Of a stretch of 64,000 bases of DNA, positions 37,801 through 51,937 are shown one piece after another; within the stretch, counting starts at the first letter, position 1, and every line of letters starts with the position of its first letter. The position numbers and the translations under genes were made by a program. This stretch comes from Eledone cirrhosa (Eukaryota). Below the pieces are notes generated by a model. It ran no database searches and was not told the DNA's origin. It was given only the letters and a program-made list of their open reading frames with translations. Where the stretch lies: assembly GCA_964016885.1 (NCBI GenBank), contig OZ024758.1, forward strand, positions 33,170,001-33,234,000, in the 5' to 3' direction.

Positions 37801-40800
37801 GTGGCACAGCTATTGTAGACCAGTACCTTAGTGGCACAGCTATTGTAGACCAGTACCTTAGTGTCACAGCTATTGTAGACCAGTACCTTAGTGGCACAGC
37901 TATTGTAGTCCAGTACCTTAGTGGCACAGCTATTGTAGACCAGTACCTTAGTGGCACAGCTATTGTAGTCCAGTACCTTAGTGTCACAGCTATTGTAGAC
38001 CAGTACCTTAGTGGCACAGCTATTGTAGACCAGTACCTTAGTGGCACAGCTATTGTAGTCCAGTACCTTAGTGGCACAGCTATTGTAGACCAGTACCTTA
38101 GTGGCACAGCTATTGTAGACCAGTACCTTAGTGTCACAGCTATTGTAGACCAGTACCTTAGTGTCACAGCTATTGTAGACCAGTACCTTAGTGGCACAGC
38201 TATTGTAGACCAGTACCTTAGTGTCACGGCTAGTGTAGACCAGTACCTTAGTGTCACAGCTAGTATAGACCAGTACCTTAGTGTCACAGCTATTGTAGAC
38301 CAGTACCTTAGTGGCACAACTGTTGTAGACCAGTATCTTAGTGTCACAGCTGTTGTAGACTAGTACCTTAGTGTCACAGCTATTGTAGTCCAGTACCTTA
38401 GTGTTACAGCTATTGTAGAGCAGTACCTTAGTGTTACAGCTATTGTAGACCAGTACCTTAGTGTCACGGCTAGTGTAGACCAGTACCTTAGTGTCACAGC
38501 TATTGTAGACCAGTACCTTAGTGTTACAGCTATTGTAGAGCAGTACCTTAGTGTTACAGCTATTGTAGACCAGTACCTTAGTGGCACAGCTATTGTAGTC
38601 CAGTACCTTAGTGGCACAGCTATTGTAGACCAGTACCTGAGTGTCACAGCTATTGTAGACCAGTACCTGAGTGTCACGGCTAGTGTAGACCAGTACCTTA
38701 GTGTCACAGCTAGTATAGACCAGTACCTTAGTGTCACAGCTATTGTAGACCAGTACCTTAGTGTTACAGCTATTGTAGACCAGTACCTTAGTGTCACGGC
38801 TAGTGTAGACCAGTACCTTAGTGTCACAGCTAGTATAGACCAGTACCTTAGTGTCACAGCTAGTATAGACCAGTACCTTAGTGTCACAGCTATTGTAGAC
38901 CAGTACCTTAGTGTCACAGCTATTGTAGACCAGTACCTTAGTGTCACGGCTATTGTAGACCAGTACCTTAGTGACACAGCTGTTGTAGACCAGTACCTTA
39001 GTGGTACGGCTATTGTAGACCAGTGCCTTAGTGTCACAGCTATCAAGTAGACCAGTACCTTAGTGTCACGGCTATTGTACAGCTATTATAGACCAGTACC
39101 TTAGTGTCACGGCTATTGTACAGCTATTGTAGACCAGTACCTTAGTGTCACAGCTATTGTAAACCAGTACCTTAGTGTCACGGCTATTGTAGACCAGTAC
39201 CTTAGTGTTACAGCTATTGTAGACCAGTACCTTAGTGTCACAGCTATTGTAGAGCAGTACCTTAGCGTTACAGCTATTGTAGACCAGTACCTTAGAGTCA
39301 CGGCTAGTGTAGACCAGTACCTTAGTGTCACAGCTAGTATAGACCAGTACCTTAGTGTCACAGCTATTGTAGACCAGTACCTTAGTGGCACAGCTATTGT
39401 AGACCAGTACCTTAGTGTCACAGCTATTGTAGACCAGTACCTTAGTGTTACAGCTATTGTAGACCACTACCTTAGTGTCACAGCTATTGTAGACCAGTAC
39501 CTTAGTGTCACAGCTATTGGAGACCAGTACCTTAGTGTCACGGCTAGTGTAGACCAGTACCTTAGTGTCACAGCTAGTATAGACCAGTACCTTAGTGTTA
39601 CAGCTATTGTAGACCAGTACCTTAGTGGCACAGCTATTGTAGACCAGTACCTTAGTCTCACAGCTATTCTAGACCAGTACCTTAGTGTTACAGCTATTGT
39701 AGACCAGTACCTTAGTGTCACAGCTATTGTAGACCAGTACCTTAGTGTCACAGCTATTGTAGACCAGGACCTTAGTGTCACTGCTATTGTAGACCAGTAC
39801 CTTAGTGTTACAGCTATTGTAGACCAGGACCTTAGTGTCACTGCTATTGTAGACCAGTACCTTAGTGTCACAGCTAGTATAGACCAGTACCTTAGTGTCA
39901 CAGCTATTGTAGACCAGTACCTTAGTGTCCCAGCTATTGTAGACCAGTACCTTAGTGTCACAGCTATTGTAGACCAGTACCTTAGTGTTACAGCTATTGT
40001 AGACCAGTACCTTAGTGTCACAGCTATTGTAGACCAGTACCTTAGTGTCAAGGCTATTGTACCACAGTACCTTAGTGTCACTGCTATTGTAGACCAGTAC
40101 CTTAGTGTTACAGCTATTGTAGACCAGTACCTTAATGTCACAGCTATTGTAGACCAGAACCTTAGTGTCACAGCTATTGTAGACCAGTACCTTAGTGTCA
40201 CAGCTATTGTAGACCAGTACCTTAGTGTCACAGCTATTGTAGACCAGTACCTTAGTGTCACAGCTATTGTAGACCAGTACCTTAGTGTCACAGCTATTGT
40301 AGACCAGTATCTTAGTGTCAAGGCAATTGTAGACCAGGACCTTAGTGTTATGGCTATTGTAGACCAGTACCTTACTGTTACAGCTATTGTAGACCAGTAC
40401 ATTAGTGTTACAGCTATTGTAGACCAGTACCTTAGTGTTACAGCTATTGTAGACCAGTACCTTAGTGTCACAGCTATTGTAGACCAGTACCTTAGTGTCA
40501 CTGCTATTGTAGACCAGTACCTTAGTGTTACAGCTATTGTAGACCAGTACCTTAATGTCACAGCTATTGTAGACCAGTACCTTAGTGTTACAGCTATTAT
40601 AGACCAGTACCTTAGTGTCACAGCTATTGTAGACCAGTACCTTAGTGTCACAGCTATTGTAGACCAGTACCTTAGTGTTACAGCTATGAAGTAGACCAGT
40701 ACCTTAGTGTCACAGCTATTGTAGACCAGTACCTTAGTGTTACAGCTATTGTAGACTAGTACCTTAGTGTCACAGCTATTGTAGACCAGTACCTTAGTGT

Positions 40801-42470
40801 CACAGCTATTGTAGACCAGTACTTTAGTGTTACAGCTATTGTAGACTAGTACCTTAGTGTTACAGTTATTGTAGACCAGTACCTTAGTGTCACAGCTATT
40901 GTAGACCAGTACCTTAGTGTCACAGCTATTGTAGACCAGTATCTTAGTGTCACGGCTATTGTAGACCAGTACCTTAGTGTTACAGCTATGAAGTAGACCA
41001 GTACCTTAGTATCACACCTATTGTAGACCAGTACCTTAGTGTCACAGCTATTGTAGACCAGTACCTTAGTGTCACGGCTATTATAGACCAGTACCTTAGT
41101 GTCACAGCTATTATAGACGAGTACCTTAGTGTCACAGCTATTGTAGACTAGTACCTTAGTGTTACAGCTATTGTAAACCAGTACCTTAGTGTCACGGCTA
41201 TTGTACAGCTATTGTAGACCAGTACCTTAGTGTCACAGCTATTGTAGACCAGTACCTTAGTGTTACAGCTATTGTAGACCAGTACCTTAGTGTCACAGCT
41301 ATTGTAGACCAGTACCTTAGTGTCACAGCTAGTATAGACCAGTACCTTAGTGTCACAGCTATTGTAGACCAGTACCTTAGTGGCACAGCTATTGTAGACC
41401 AGTACCTTAGTGGCACAGCTATTGTAGACCAGTACCTTAGTGGCACAGCTATTGTAGACCAGTACCTTAGTGTCACAGCTATTGTAGACCAGTACCTTAG
41501 TGGCACAGCTATTGTAGTCCAGTACCTTAGTGGCACAGCTATTGTAGACCAGTACCTTAGTGGCACAGCTATTGTAGTCCAGTACCTTAGTGTCACAGCT
41601 ATTGTAGACCAGTACCTTAGTGGCACAGCTATTGTAGACCAGTACCTTAGTGGCACAGCTATTGTAGTCCAGTACCTTAGTGGCACAGCTATTGTAGACC
41701 AGTACCTTAGTGGCACAGCTATTGTAGACCAGTACCTTAGTGTCACAGCTATTGTAGACCAGTACCTTAGTGTCACAGCTATTGTAGACCAGTACCTTAG
41801 TGGCACAGCTATTGTAGACCAGTACCTTAGTGTCACGGCTAGTGTAGACCAGTACCTTAGTGTCACAGCTAGTATAGACCAGTACCTTAGTGTCACAGCT
41901 ATTGTAGACCAGTACCTTAGTGGCACAACTGTTGTAGACCAGTATCTTAGTGTCACAGCTGTTGTAGACTAGTACCTTAGTGTCACAGCTATTGTAGTCC
42001 AGTACCTTAGTGTTACAGCTATTGTAGACTAGTACCTTAGTGTCACGGCTATTGTACAGCTATTGTAGACCAGTACCTTAGTGTCACAGCTATTGTACAG
42101 CTATTGTAGACCAGTACCTTAGTGTCATGGCTATTGTACAGCTATTGTAGACCAGTACCTTAGTGTCATGGCTATTGTACAGCTATTGTAGACCAGTACC
42201 TTAGTGTCACAGCTATTGTACAGCTATTGTAGACCAGTACCTTAGTGTCATGGCTATTGTAGACCAGTATGTTAGTATCACAGCTACTGTAGACCAGTAA
42301 GTAACTTAGTGTCACGGCTATTGTAGACCAGTACCTTAGTGTTAGAGCTATTGTAGACCAGTACCTTAGTGTTAGAGCTATTGTAGACCAGTACCTTAGT
42401 GTTAGAGCTATTGTAGACCAGTACCTTAGTGTTAGAGCTATTGTAGACCAGTACCTTAGTATCACGGCTA
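25828..42470. repeat. 30-bp satellite (cagctattgtagaccagtaccttagtgtca), ~550 copies, 16.6 kb, with higher-order repeats
   Basis: 30-bp periodicity; diagnostic variants recur at kb spacing. Confidence 0.99.
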
Positions 42471-45400
42471 TCTCACCGATATAGCACAGCTCAGCCTTGT
42501 CTACACTCTGCTATCTTACTGATACAACACAGCACAGCCTGATATACACTCTACTATCTCACTCATACGGCTCAGCAGAGTCTTATCTACACTCTGCTAT
42601 CTCACTGATACAGCACAGCCTGATATACACTCTACTATCTCACTCATACGGCTCAGCAGAGTCTTATCTACACTCTGCTATCTCACTGATACAGCACAGC
42701 CTGATATACACTCTACTATCTCACTCATACGGCTCAGCAGAGTCTTATCTACACTCTGCTATCTCACTGATACAGCACAGTCTTATCTACACTCTGCTAT
42801 CTCATTGATACAGCACAGCCTTATCTACACTCTGCTATCTCACTCATACGGCTCAGCAGAGTCTTATCTACACTCTGCTATCTCATTGATACAGCACAGC
42901 CTTATCTACACTCTGCTATCTCACTCATACGGCTCAGCAGAGTCTTATCTACACTCTGCTATCTCACTGATACAGCACAGCCTGATATACACTCTACTAT
43001 CTCACTCATACGGCTCAGCAGAGTCTTATCTACACTCTGCTATCTCACTGATACAGCACAGTCTTATCTACACTCTGCTATCTCACTGATACAGCACAGC
43101 CTTATCTACACTCTGCTATCTCACTGATACAGCACAGCCTTATCTACACTCTGCTATCTCACTGATACAGCACAGCCTTATCTACACTCTGCTATCTTAC
43201 TGATACAGCGCAGCTTTGTCTACACTCTGCTATCTCACTCATACAGCACATCCTTAGCCACACCCTGCTATCTCACTCATACAGCAAAGCATACCCTTAT
43301 TTTCACTCTGCTATCTCACTCATACAGCAAAGCACAACTCTATCTACACTCTGCTATCTTACTGATTCAGCACAGCCTTAGCCACACTCTGCTATCTTAC
43401 TGATACAGTACATACAGCACAGCCCTATCTACTCTCTATTATCTCACTCATACAGCTCAGCACAGCCTTATCTACACTCTTTTGTCTCACTCTCATAAGG
43501 CACAGTCTTATCTACACTCTTCTTTCTTACTGATACAGCACAGCCTTAACCACAGATTGCTGTCTTACTGATAGAGCACAGCACAGCCTTATCTACTCTC
43601 TATTATCTCACTCATACAGCTCAGCACAGCCTTTACGCTCTGCTATCTCACTCATAGAGCACACCCTTATCTACACTCCGCTATCTCATTTATACAGCAC
43701 AGCACAGCTTTATCTACACTCGGCTATCTTACTGATACAGCACAGCCATATCAACACTCTGCTCTCTCACTGATACAGCACAGCCTTGTCTACAATCTGC
43801 TATCTTACTGATACAGCACACCACAACCTTGTCTACACTCTGCTCTTTCACTGATACAGCACAGCACAGCCTTGTCTACACTGCTATCTTACTCATACAG
43901 CACAGCACAGCCTTGTCTACACTGCTATCTTACTCATACAGCACAGCACAGCCTTGTCTACACTGCTATCTCACTGATACAGCACAGCACAGCCTTGTCT
44001 ACACTCTGCTATCTTACTGACACAGCACAGCCTTGCCTACACTCTTCTATCATACTGATACAGCACAGCCATGTCTACACTCTTCTATCTCACTGATACA
44101 GCACAGCACAGCCTTGTCTACACTCTGCTATCTTACTGACACAGCACAGCCTTGCCTACACTCTTCTATCATACTGATACAGCACAGCCTTGTCTACACT
44201 CTTCTATCTTACTGATACAGCACAGCACAGCCTTGTCTACACTCTTCTATCTTACTGATACAGCACAGCACACCCTTGTCTACACTCTGCTATCTTACTG
44301 ATACAGCACAGCACATCCTTGTCTACACTCTGCTATCTTACTAATACAGCTCAGCACAACCTTGTCTACACTCTGCTATCTTACTAATACAGCACAGCAC
44401 AACCTTGTCTACACTCTGCTATCTCACTGACACAGCAGAGCTCAGCCTTGTCTACACTCTGCTATAATACTGATACAGCACAGCAAAGCCTTGTCTATAG
44501 TCTGCTATCACATTGATATAGCACAGCACACCCTTATCTCCACTCTGCTATCTTACTGATACAGCACAGCACACCCTTATCTCCACTCTGTAATCTTACT
44601 GATTCACCACAGCTCTGCCTTATCTACACTCAGCTATCTCCCTGATACAGCACAGCACAGCATTATCTACTATCTTACTGATACAGCACAGCACACTCTT
44701 ATCTACACTTTGCTATCTTACTGATACAGCACAGCGTTTTCTACACTCTGCTATCTCACTGATACAGCACAGCACAGCCTTATCTACACTCTGCTATCTT
44801 ACTGATACAGCACAGCACAGCCTTGTCTACACTCAGCTATCTCCCTGATACAGCACAGCACAGCATTATCTACTATCTTACTGATACAGCACAGCACACT
44901 CTTATCTACACTTTGCTATCTTACTGATACAGCACAGCGTTTTCTACACTCTGCTATCTCACTGATACAGCACAGCACAGCCTTATCTACACTCTGCTAT
45001 CTTACTGATACATCACAGCACAACCTTGTCTACATTCTGCTATCTTACTCAAACAGCACAGCTCAGCCTTGTCTACACTCTGCTATCTTACTGATACAGC
45101 ACAGCACAGCCTTATCTACACTCTCTTATCTTACTCATACAGCACAGCACAGCACAGCACACCCTTGTCTACACTCTTCTATCTTACTGATACAGCACAG
45201 CACAGCCTTGTCTACACTCTGCTATCTTACTGATACAGCACCGCACAGCCTTGTCTACACTCTTCTATCTCACTGATACAGCACAGCACAGCCTTGTCTA
45301 CACTCTTCTATCTTACTGATACAGCACAGCACAGCCTTGTCTACACTCTGCTATCTTACTGATACAGCACAGCACACCCTTGTCTACACTCTTCTATCTT

Positions 45401-48400
45401 ACTGATACAGCACAGCACAGCCTTGTCTACACTCTTCTATCTTACTGATACAGCACAGCACACCCTTGTCTACACTCTTCTATCTTACTGATACAGCACA
45501 GCACAGCCTTGTCTACACTCTGCTATCTTACTGATACAGCACAGCACACCCTTGTCTACACTCTTCTATCTTACTGATACAGCACAGCACACCCTTGTCT
45601 ACACTCTTCTATCTTACTGATACAGCACAGCACAGCCTTGTCTACACTCTTCTATCTTACTGATACAGCACAGCACACCCTTGTCTACACTCTTCTATCT
45701 TACTGATACAGCACAGCACAGCCTTGTCTACACTCTGCTATCTTACTGATACAGCACAGCACACCCTTGTCTACACTCTTCTATCTTACTGATACAGCAC
45801 AGCACAGCCTTGTCTACACTCTTCTATCTTACTGATACAGCACAGCACAGCCTTGTCTACACTCTTCTATCTTACTGATACAGCACAGCACAGCCTTGTC
45901 TACACTCTTCTATCTTACTGATACAGCACAGCACAGCCTTGTCTACACTCTGCTATCTTACTGATACAGCACAGCACACCCTTGTCTACACTCTTCTATC
46001 TTACTGATACAGCACAGCACAGCCTTGTCTACACTCTTCTATCTTACTGATACAGCACAGCACACCCTTGTCTACACTCTTCTATCTTACTGATACAGCA
46101 CAGCACAGCCTTGTCTACACTCTGCTATCTTACTGATACAGCACAGCACACCCTTGTCTACACTCTTCTATCTTACTGATACAGCACAGCACACCCTTGT
46201 CTACACTCTTCTATCTTACTGATACAGCACAGCACAGCCTTGTCTACACTCTGCTATCTTACTGATACAGCACAGCACACCCTTGTCTACACTCTTCTAT
46301 CTTACTGATACAGCACAGCACAGCCTTGTCTACACTCTTCTATCTTACTGATACAGCACAGCACACCCTTGTCTACACTCTTCTATCTTACTGATACAGC
46401 ACAGCACACCCTTGTCTACACTCTTCTATCTTACTGATACAGCACAGCACAGCCTTGTCTACACTCTTCTATCTTACTGATACAGCACAGCACAGCCTTG
46501 TCTACACTCTTCTATCTTACTGATACAGCACAGCACAGCCTTGTCTACACTCTTCTATCTTACTGATACAGCACAGCACAGCCTTGTCTACACTCTGCTA
46601 TCTTACTGATACAGCACAGCACACCCTTGTCTACACTCTTCTATCTTACGGATACAGCTCAGCCTTGTCTACACTCTTCTATCTTACTGATACAGCACAG
46701 CACAGCCTTGTCTACACTCTTCTATCTTACTGATACAGCACAGCACAGCCTTGTCTACACTCTTCTATCTTACTGATACAGCACAGCACAGCCTTGTCTA
46801 CACTCTTCTATCTTACTGATACAGCACAGCACAGCCTTGTCTACACTCTTCTATCTTACTGATACAGCACAGCACAGCCTTGTCTACACTCTGCTATCTT
46901 ACTGATACAGCTCAGCCTTGTCTACACTCTTCTATCTTACTGATACTGCACAGCACACCCTTGTCTACACTCTTCTATCTTACTGATACAGCACAGCACA
47001 CCCTTGTCTACACTCTTCTATCTTACGGATACAGCACAGCACACCCTTGTCTACACTCTGCTATCTTACGGATACAGCACAGCACACCCTTGTCTACACT
47101 CTTCTATCTTACTGATACAGCACAGCACACCCTTGTCTACACTCTTCTATCTCACTGATACAGGCACAGCTCACCCTTGTCTACACTCTGCTATCTTACC
47201 GATACAGCACAGCACACCCTTGTCTACACTCTTCTATCTTACTGATACAGCACAGCACAGCCTTGTCTACACTCTTCTATCTTACTGATACAGCACAGCA
47301 CAGACTTGTCTATAGTCTGCTATCTTACTGATACAGCACTGCTTTATTTACTATCTGCTATCTTACTGATATAGCTCAGCACAGCCTTGTTTACACTCTG
47401 CTATCTTACTGATACAGCACAGCACACCCTTGTCTACACTATGTTATCTTACTGATACAGCACAGCACACCCTTATCTACACTATGTTATCTTACTGATA
47501 CAGCACAGCACACCCTTGTCTACACTCTTCTATCTTACTGATACAGCACAGAACACCCTTGTCTACACTATGTTATCTTACTGATACAGCACAGCACACC
47601 CTTATCTACACTCTGCTATCTTACTGATACAGCACTGCCTTATCTACACTATGCTATCTTACTGATACAGGCACAGCACACCCTTGTCTACACTATGTTA
47701 TCTTACTGATACAGCACAGCACACCCTTATCTACACTCTGCTATCTTACTCATACAGCACAGCCTTTTCTACACACTGCTATCTCACGGATACAGCACAC
47801 CCTTATCTACACTCTGCTATCTCACTGATACAGCACTGCCTTATCTACACTCTGCTATCTTACTCATACAGCACAGCCTTATCTACACTCTGCTATCTTA
47901 CTGATACAGCATAGCACAGCCTTTTCTACACTCTGCTATCTCACTCATACAGCACAGCACAGCATTACCTACACTCTGCTATCTTACTGATACAGCACAG
48001 CACAGCCTTTACACTCTGCTATCTTACTGATACAGCACGGCACAGCCTTATCTACACTCTATCTTCCTGATACAGCACAGCCTTATCTACACTCTGCTAT
48101 CTCACTGATACAGCACAGAACAGCCTTATCTACACTCTGCTATCTCACTGATACAGCACAGCACAGCCTTATCTACACTCTGCTACCTCACTGATACAGC
48201 ACGGCACAGCCTTATCTACACTCTATCTTCCTGATACAGCACAGCCTTATCTACATTCTGCTATCTCACTGATACAGCACAGAACAGCCTTATCTACACT
48301 CTGCTATCTCACTGATACAGCACAGAACAGCCTTATCTACACTCTATCTTCCTGATACAGCACAGCCTTATCTACATTCTGCTATCTTACTGATACAGCA

Positions 48401-49030
48401 CAGAACAGCCTTATCTACACTCTGCTATCTCACTGATACAGCACAGAACAGCCTTATCTACACTCTGCTATCTCACTGATACAGCACAGAACAGCCTTAT
48501 CTACACTCTGCTATCTCACTGATACAGCACAGAACAGCCTTATCTACACTCTATCTTCCTGATACAGCACAGCCTTATCTACATTCTGCTATCTTACTGA
48601 TACAGCACAGAACAGCCTTATCTACACTCTGCTATCTCACTGATACAGCACAGAACAGCCTTATCTACACTCTGCTATCTCACTGATACAGCACAGAACA
48701 GCCTTATCTACACTCTGCTATCTCACTGATACAGCACAGAACAGCCTTATCTACACTCTATCTTCCTGATACAGCACAGCCTTATCTACATTCTGCTATC
48801 TTACTGATACAGCACAGAACAGCCTTATCTACACTCTGCTATCTCACTGATACAGCACAGAACAGCCTTATCTACACTCTGCTATCTCACTGATACAGCA
48901 CAGAACAGCCTTATCTACACTCTGCTATCTCACTGATACAGCACAGAACAGCCTTATCTACACTCTGCTATCTCACTGATACAGCACAGCACAGCCTTAT
49001 CTACACTCTGCTATCTCACTGATACAGCTC
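42471..49030. repeat. 38/43-bp satellite (ccttrtctacactctkctatctyactgatacagcac[agcac]ag), ~6.5 kb
   Basis: Tandem periodicity. 81-bp dimer at 42530-43060; homogeneous core at ~45200-46900. Confidence 0.97.
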
Positions 49031-49324
49031 AAAATCTTTGCAGCCTTCAATGAAAATACAAAGGACTATGTAGGTGGAAAGCTGTTACATGGCCAACGAG
49101 CTCGCTTCAAAAAGAAGCAAGAAGAAAAAGAATATAGATCCCCTACAGTTATTTTGTTAATTATTTGAATAAAGAAATTCTATCTGAATTCATCACCAAA
49201 GGGAATTTTTAAAAAAGCATTCTGTAAACATGATCTATGCAAAGGTCTGATCTATTTACTAACAAAAATCCAAGTTTGAAATAGTTTCTTTTGTTATTCT
49301 AATTGTTATTAAGCGAGAAAAGAA

Positions 49325-49650
49325 TGGCAGTGCAATTGCAAAAATGGTAAAGTGCCAAGCAAAATATTTTGCAGTAGTTAGACACAGACCTTTACATTCT
49401 GAGTTCAAATCCTGTTGAGGTTAGTTTTGCTTTCCATCCTTACTGGGTTGATAAATTATAGTACCAGTAACACACTTGGGTTGATTTAATCAAATTTACC
49501 CTTCTTCAAATTGCTGGCCTTGTGCCAAAAATAGAAACAATTATGAGAAAAACAGAATGGCACACGAATTGCATTACAAAAATGGTAAAGTGCCAACCAA
49601 AATACTTTGCAGTATTTAGTTACAATTTGCATTTTGAGTTCAAATCTTTG
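49325..49650 (+). mobile_element. Diverged SINE plus duplicated head fragment
   Basis: gagttcaaatcc B box, central domain, ggccttgtgccaaaa end. Confidence 0.7.
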
Positions 49651-49794
49651 CCTATCATAACTTCAGAATTGTTAACATAATTACCAATAAAATTCAAATC
49701 TTGATAATGCAAACTTCGCCTTTCAGCATTCCAGTATTGCTAAAATACAACCCAGTCAAATTTTGGAATCAATTTAATCTATTTATAATATAAG

Positions 49795-50060
49795 CAGCGA
49801 ATTGGCTCTCCACTCTCTGAGTTCAAAATACGCTGAGGTCAACTTTGCCTTTCATCCTTTCAAGGTCGATAAAAAAAAAAGTACCAGTCTTGTACAGGGA
49901 TTGATTCTTCCTCTATATCTCTTTCCTCTCTTTCTCATTTTCTTTCTATATTTCTCTGGAATAAATCTGCTGTACTCAGAGAGAGATGGGTTCTGCCAGG
50001 CTTAAAATGCCCATGAAATGCCATATGTCAATACGGTGCTCCTCAGAAGTTACAGGCCCA
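49795..50060 (+). mobile_element. SINE, long-tail subfamily
   Basis: Central domain plus ctctatatctctttc tail. Confidence 0.8.
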
Positions 50061-50158
50061 TACATACTCCTATACAAATACAAATTTGAGGCATCATGTC
50101 TATATAAAGAAATTATTTTTATAAGATATTCACTGCTTACATAAACATATATCTAATA

Positions 50159-50319
50159 AAATTGAAATAGAAGGCTTCACGATAACCTTTTGACTAATAA
50201 TGGGGTGTATAAACCCATACACCCATTATTAGACTATTTTATTTAGTAAAAAAAATATAGTGAAGCCTTCTATTTCAATTTTCAAATTCCACTCACCAGT
50301 TTCTTAACATACTTCCTTT
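50159..50319. mobile_element. Small foldback insertion with nested inverted repeats and an apparent target-site duplication
   Basis: aattgaaatagaaggcttcac / gtgaagccttctatttcaatt; inner ctaataatggggtgtat / atacacccattattag; flanked by atatatctaataaa direct repeats. Confidence 0.6.
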
Positions 50320-50429
50320 ATATATCTAATAAATAAATAATAAGGTTATTAATATGAAAATTAAAGACAATAAAAAGGGCACAATTTAAAAACCAGTAGA
50401 GTTATAGACACTTAGTAAATTACCTACTA

Positions 50430-50945
50430 GATGGCAAATTGGCAGTCATTAGAACATTGGAGAGAATGCTTTATGGATTTCATTTCCACTCTCTGAGTTC
50501 AAATCTTGCCGAAGTCAACTTTGCCTTTCTTCCTTTCAAGACCAATAATAAAAAGTACCAGTCAAGTACTGGAGTCAATTCTTCCTCTATATCTCTTTCT
50601 CACTTCCTCTCTCTCACCTTCTATCCTATAGCAGAAATCTGCTGTATTCAGACCTGGAGAGGAGATGGGCTTTGTCAGGTATACAAAATGCCCAAGAAAT
50701 GCTGTATATCAATATGGCACTTCTATGACTCCTTCAGGAGTTACAGGAATAATGTTTTCTTATTTAGGCACATATCCAACAATTTGGGGGAGGGGAAAGT
50801 TAATTAAATCAATTATGTTATCAACCCCGTAAGGATGAAAAGCAAAGCTAATCTAAGCAGGATTTAAAATCATAAGGTAAAGAGTCATAACTTTATCCCA
50901 CGAAGCATGTTATCAGATGCTCTACTGATACTGCCAACCCACAAC
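50430..50945. mobile_element. Tail-to-tail SINE pair (50430-50745 +, long-tail; 50750-50945 -)
   Basis: Homology to the other copies in the window. Confidence 0.8.
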
Positions 50946-50961
50946 CCAATATGGAATAATA

Positions 50962-51200
50962 AACAAAAAGCACCCAGCCCACACTGTAAAGTGGTTGTGT
51001 AGGTGTCATGACAAAAAGCACCCAGCCCACACTGTAAGGTGGTTGGCATTAGGAAGGGCATCCAGCAGTAGAAACTAAGCCAAAATCAGTTCTGTATGAG
51101 CAAGAATTGGTCACCTGACCTAACATTGCTCACAACGGGACAACTCATCTAACCCTTGCTAGCATAAAAAAATGGATGTTAACAAGTGATGATGATGATC
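50962..51200 (+). mobile_element. 3' tail of the RTE-partnered SINE/LINE family
   Basis: aaaagcacccagcccacactgtaaagtggttgg..aggaagggcatccagc..gctagcat..ggatgttaa..(tga)n. Confidence 0.8.
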
Positions 51201-51239
51201 ATCATACTGCATGATCAACAAATTGAAACAACTGTTATG

Positions 51240-51540
51240 TTGGTAGGATTTGAACTCAGAAGGTAAAGAGATGTAACTATATACCGCACAGCATATTGCC
51301 TGACACTCTACCAACAATGCCAACCCACAACCTACTATCGGAATTATAATTGTTTCTACTTTTGGCACAAGGCCAGCAATTATCCCAGTGCATTACTGGT
51401 ACTTTATTTTAATGACCCCCATAAGGATGAAAGACAAAGTTTACCTTGGCGGGATTTGAACTCAGATCGTAAAGGGCCATAACTCTATGTTGCAAAGTAT
51501 AACGTCCGACCCTCTACCAATACTACTAATCCACCGCCCT
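51240..51540 (-). mobile_element. SINE (51345-51540) plus head fragment (51240-51335)
   Basis: Homology to 24557-24750. Confidence 0.85.
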
Positions 51541-51791
51541 ACAAAGCATTACCTACTGCATGATCAACAAATTGAATCAACTATTATCAAACAAACCTTC
51601 AGTACAGTCTTCAAAATGCCAGACTAATTGTCAAAATATTTATTCCTATGAAAACATCTTTGATATTTTAAATAGAAAATTATTCAGAATCTATTTATAG
51701 GAATTTTCCAACCATATGAAATTACAGAGCGCCATCAGTAGAAGCATCGGTATCATTATACTATAGTTCTTTGTTGTTTATTGTTACTTAC

Positions 51792-51937
51792 AGCAGATGA
51801 TAATACAACAGACTCCACAATATAACCACAGCATCATTAATCTAGTTATTTCTACAGACATTGTACCTTCATACAATATATTACCTATTCCTGTTCTAGC
51901 ATAGAGAAGAAGAAGAATGTGGAAATATCCTTAGAAT
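51792..51937 (-). CDS. Possible host exon encoding a hydrophobic peptide (..MSVEITRLMMLWLYCGVCCIIIC)
   Basis: Unique sequence; polypyrimidine tract + AG at 51938-51939 (alternative AG at 51930-51931); GTAAGT donor at 51786-51791; open frame. No homology recognised. Confidence 0.3.

Noticed and set aside
26127-42465. Long ORFs of (TLRYWSTIAV)n, up to 575 aa
   Set aside because: These are stop-free frames of a 30-bp satellite, broken at random by indels, with no unique coding flanks.
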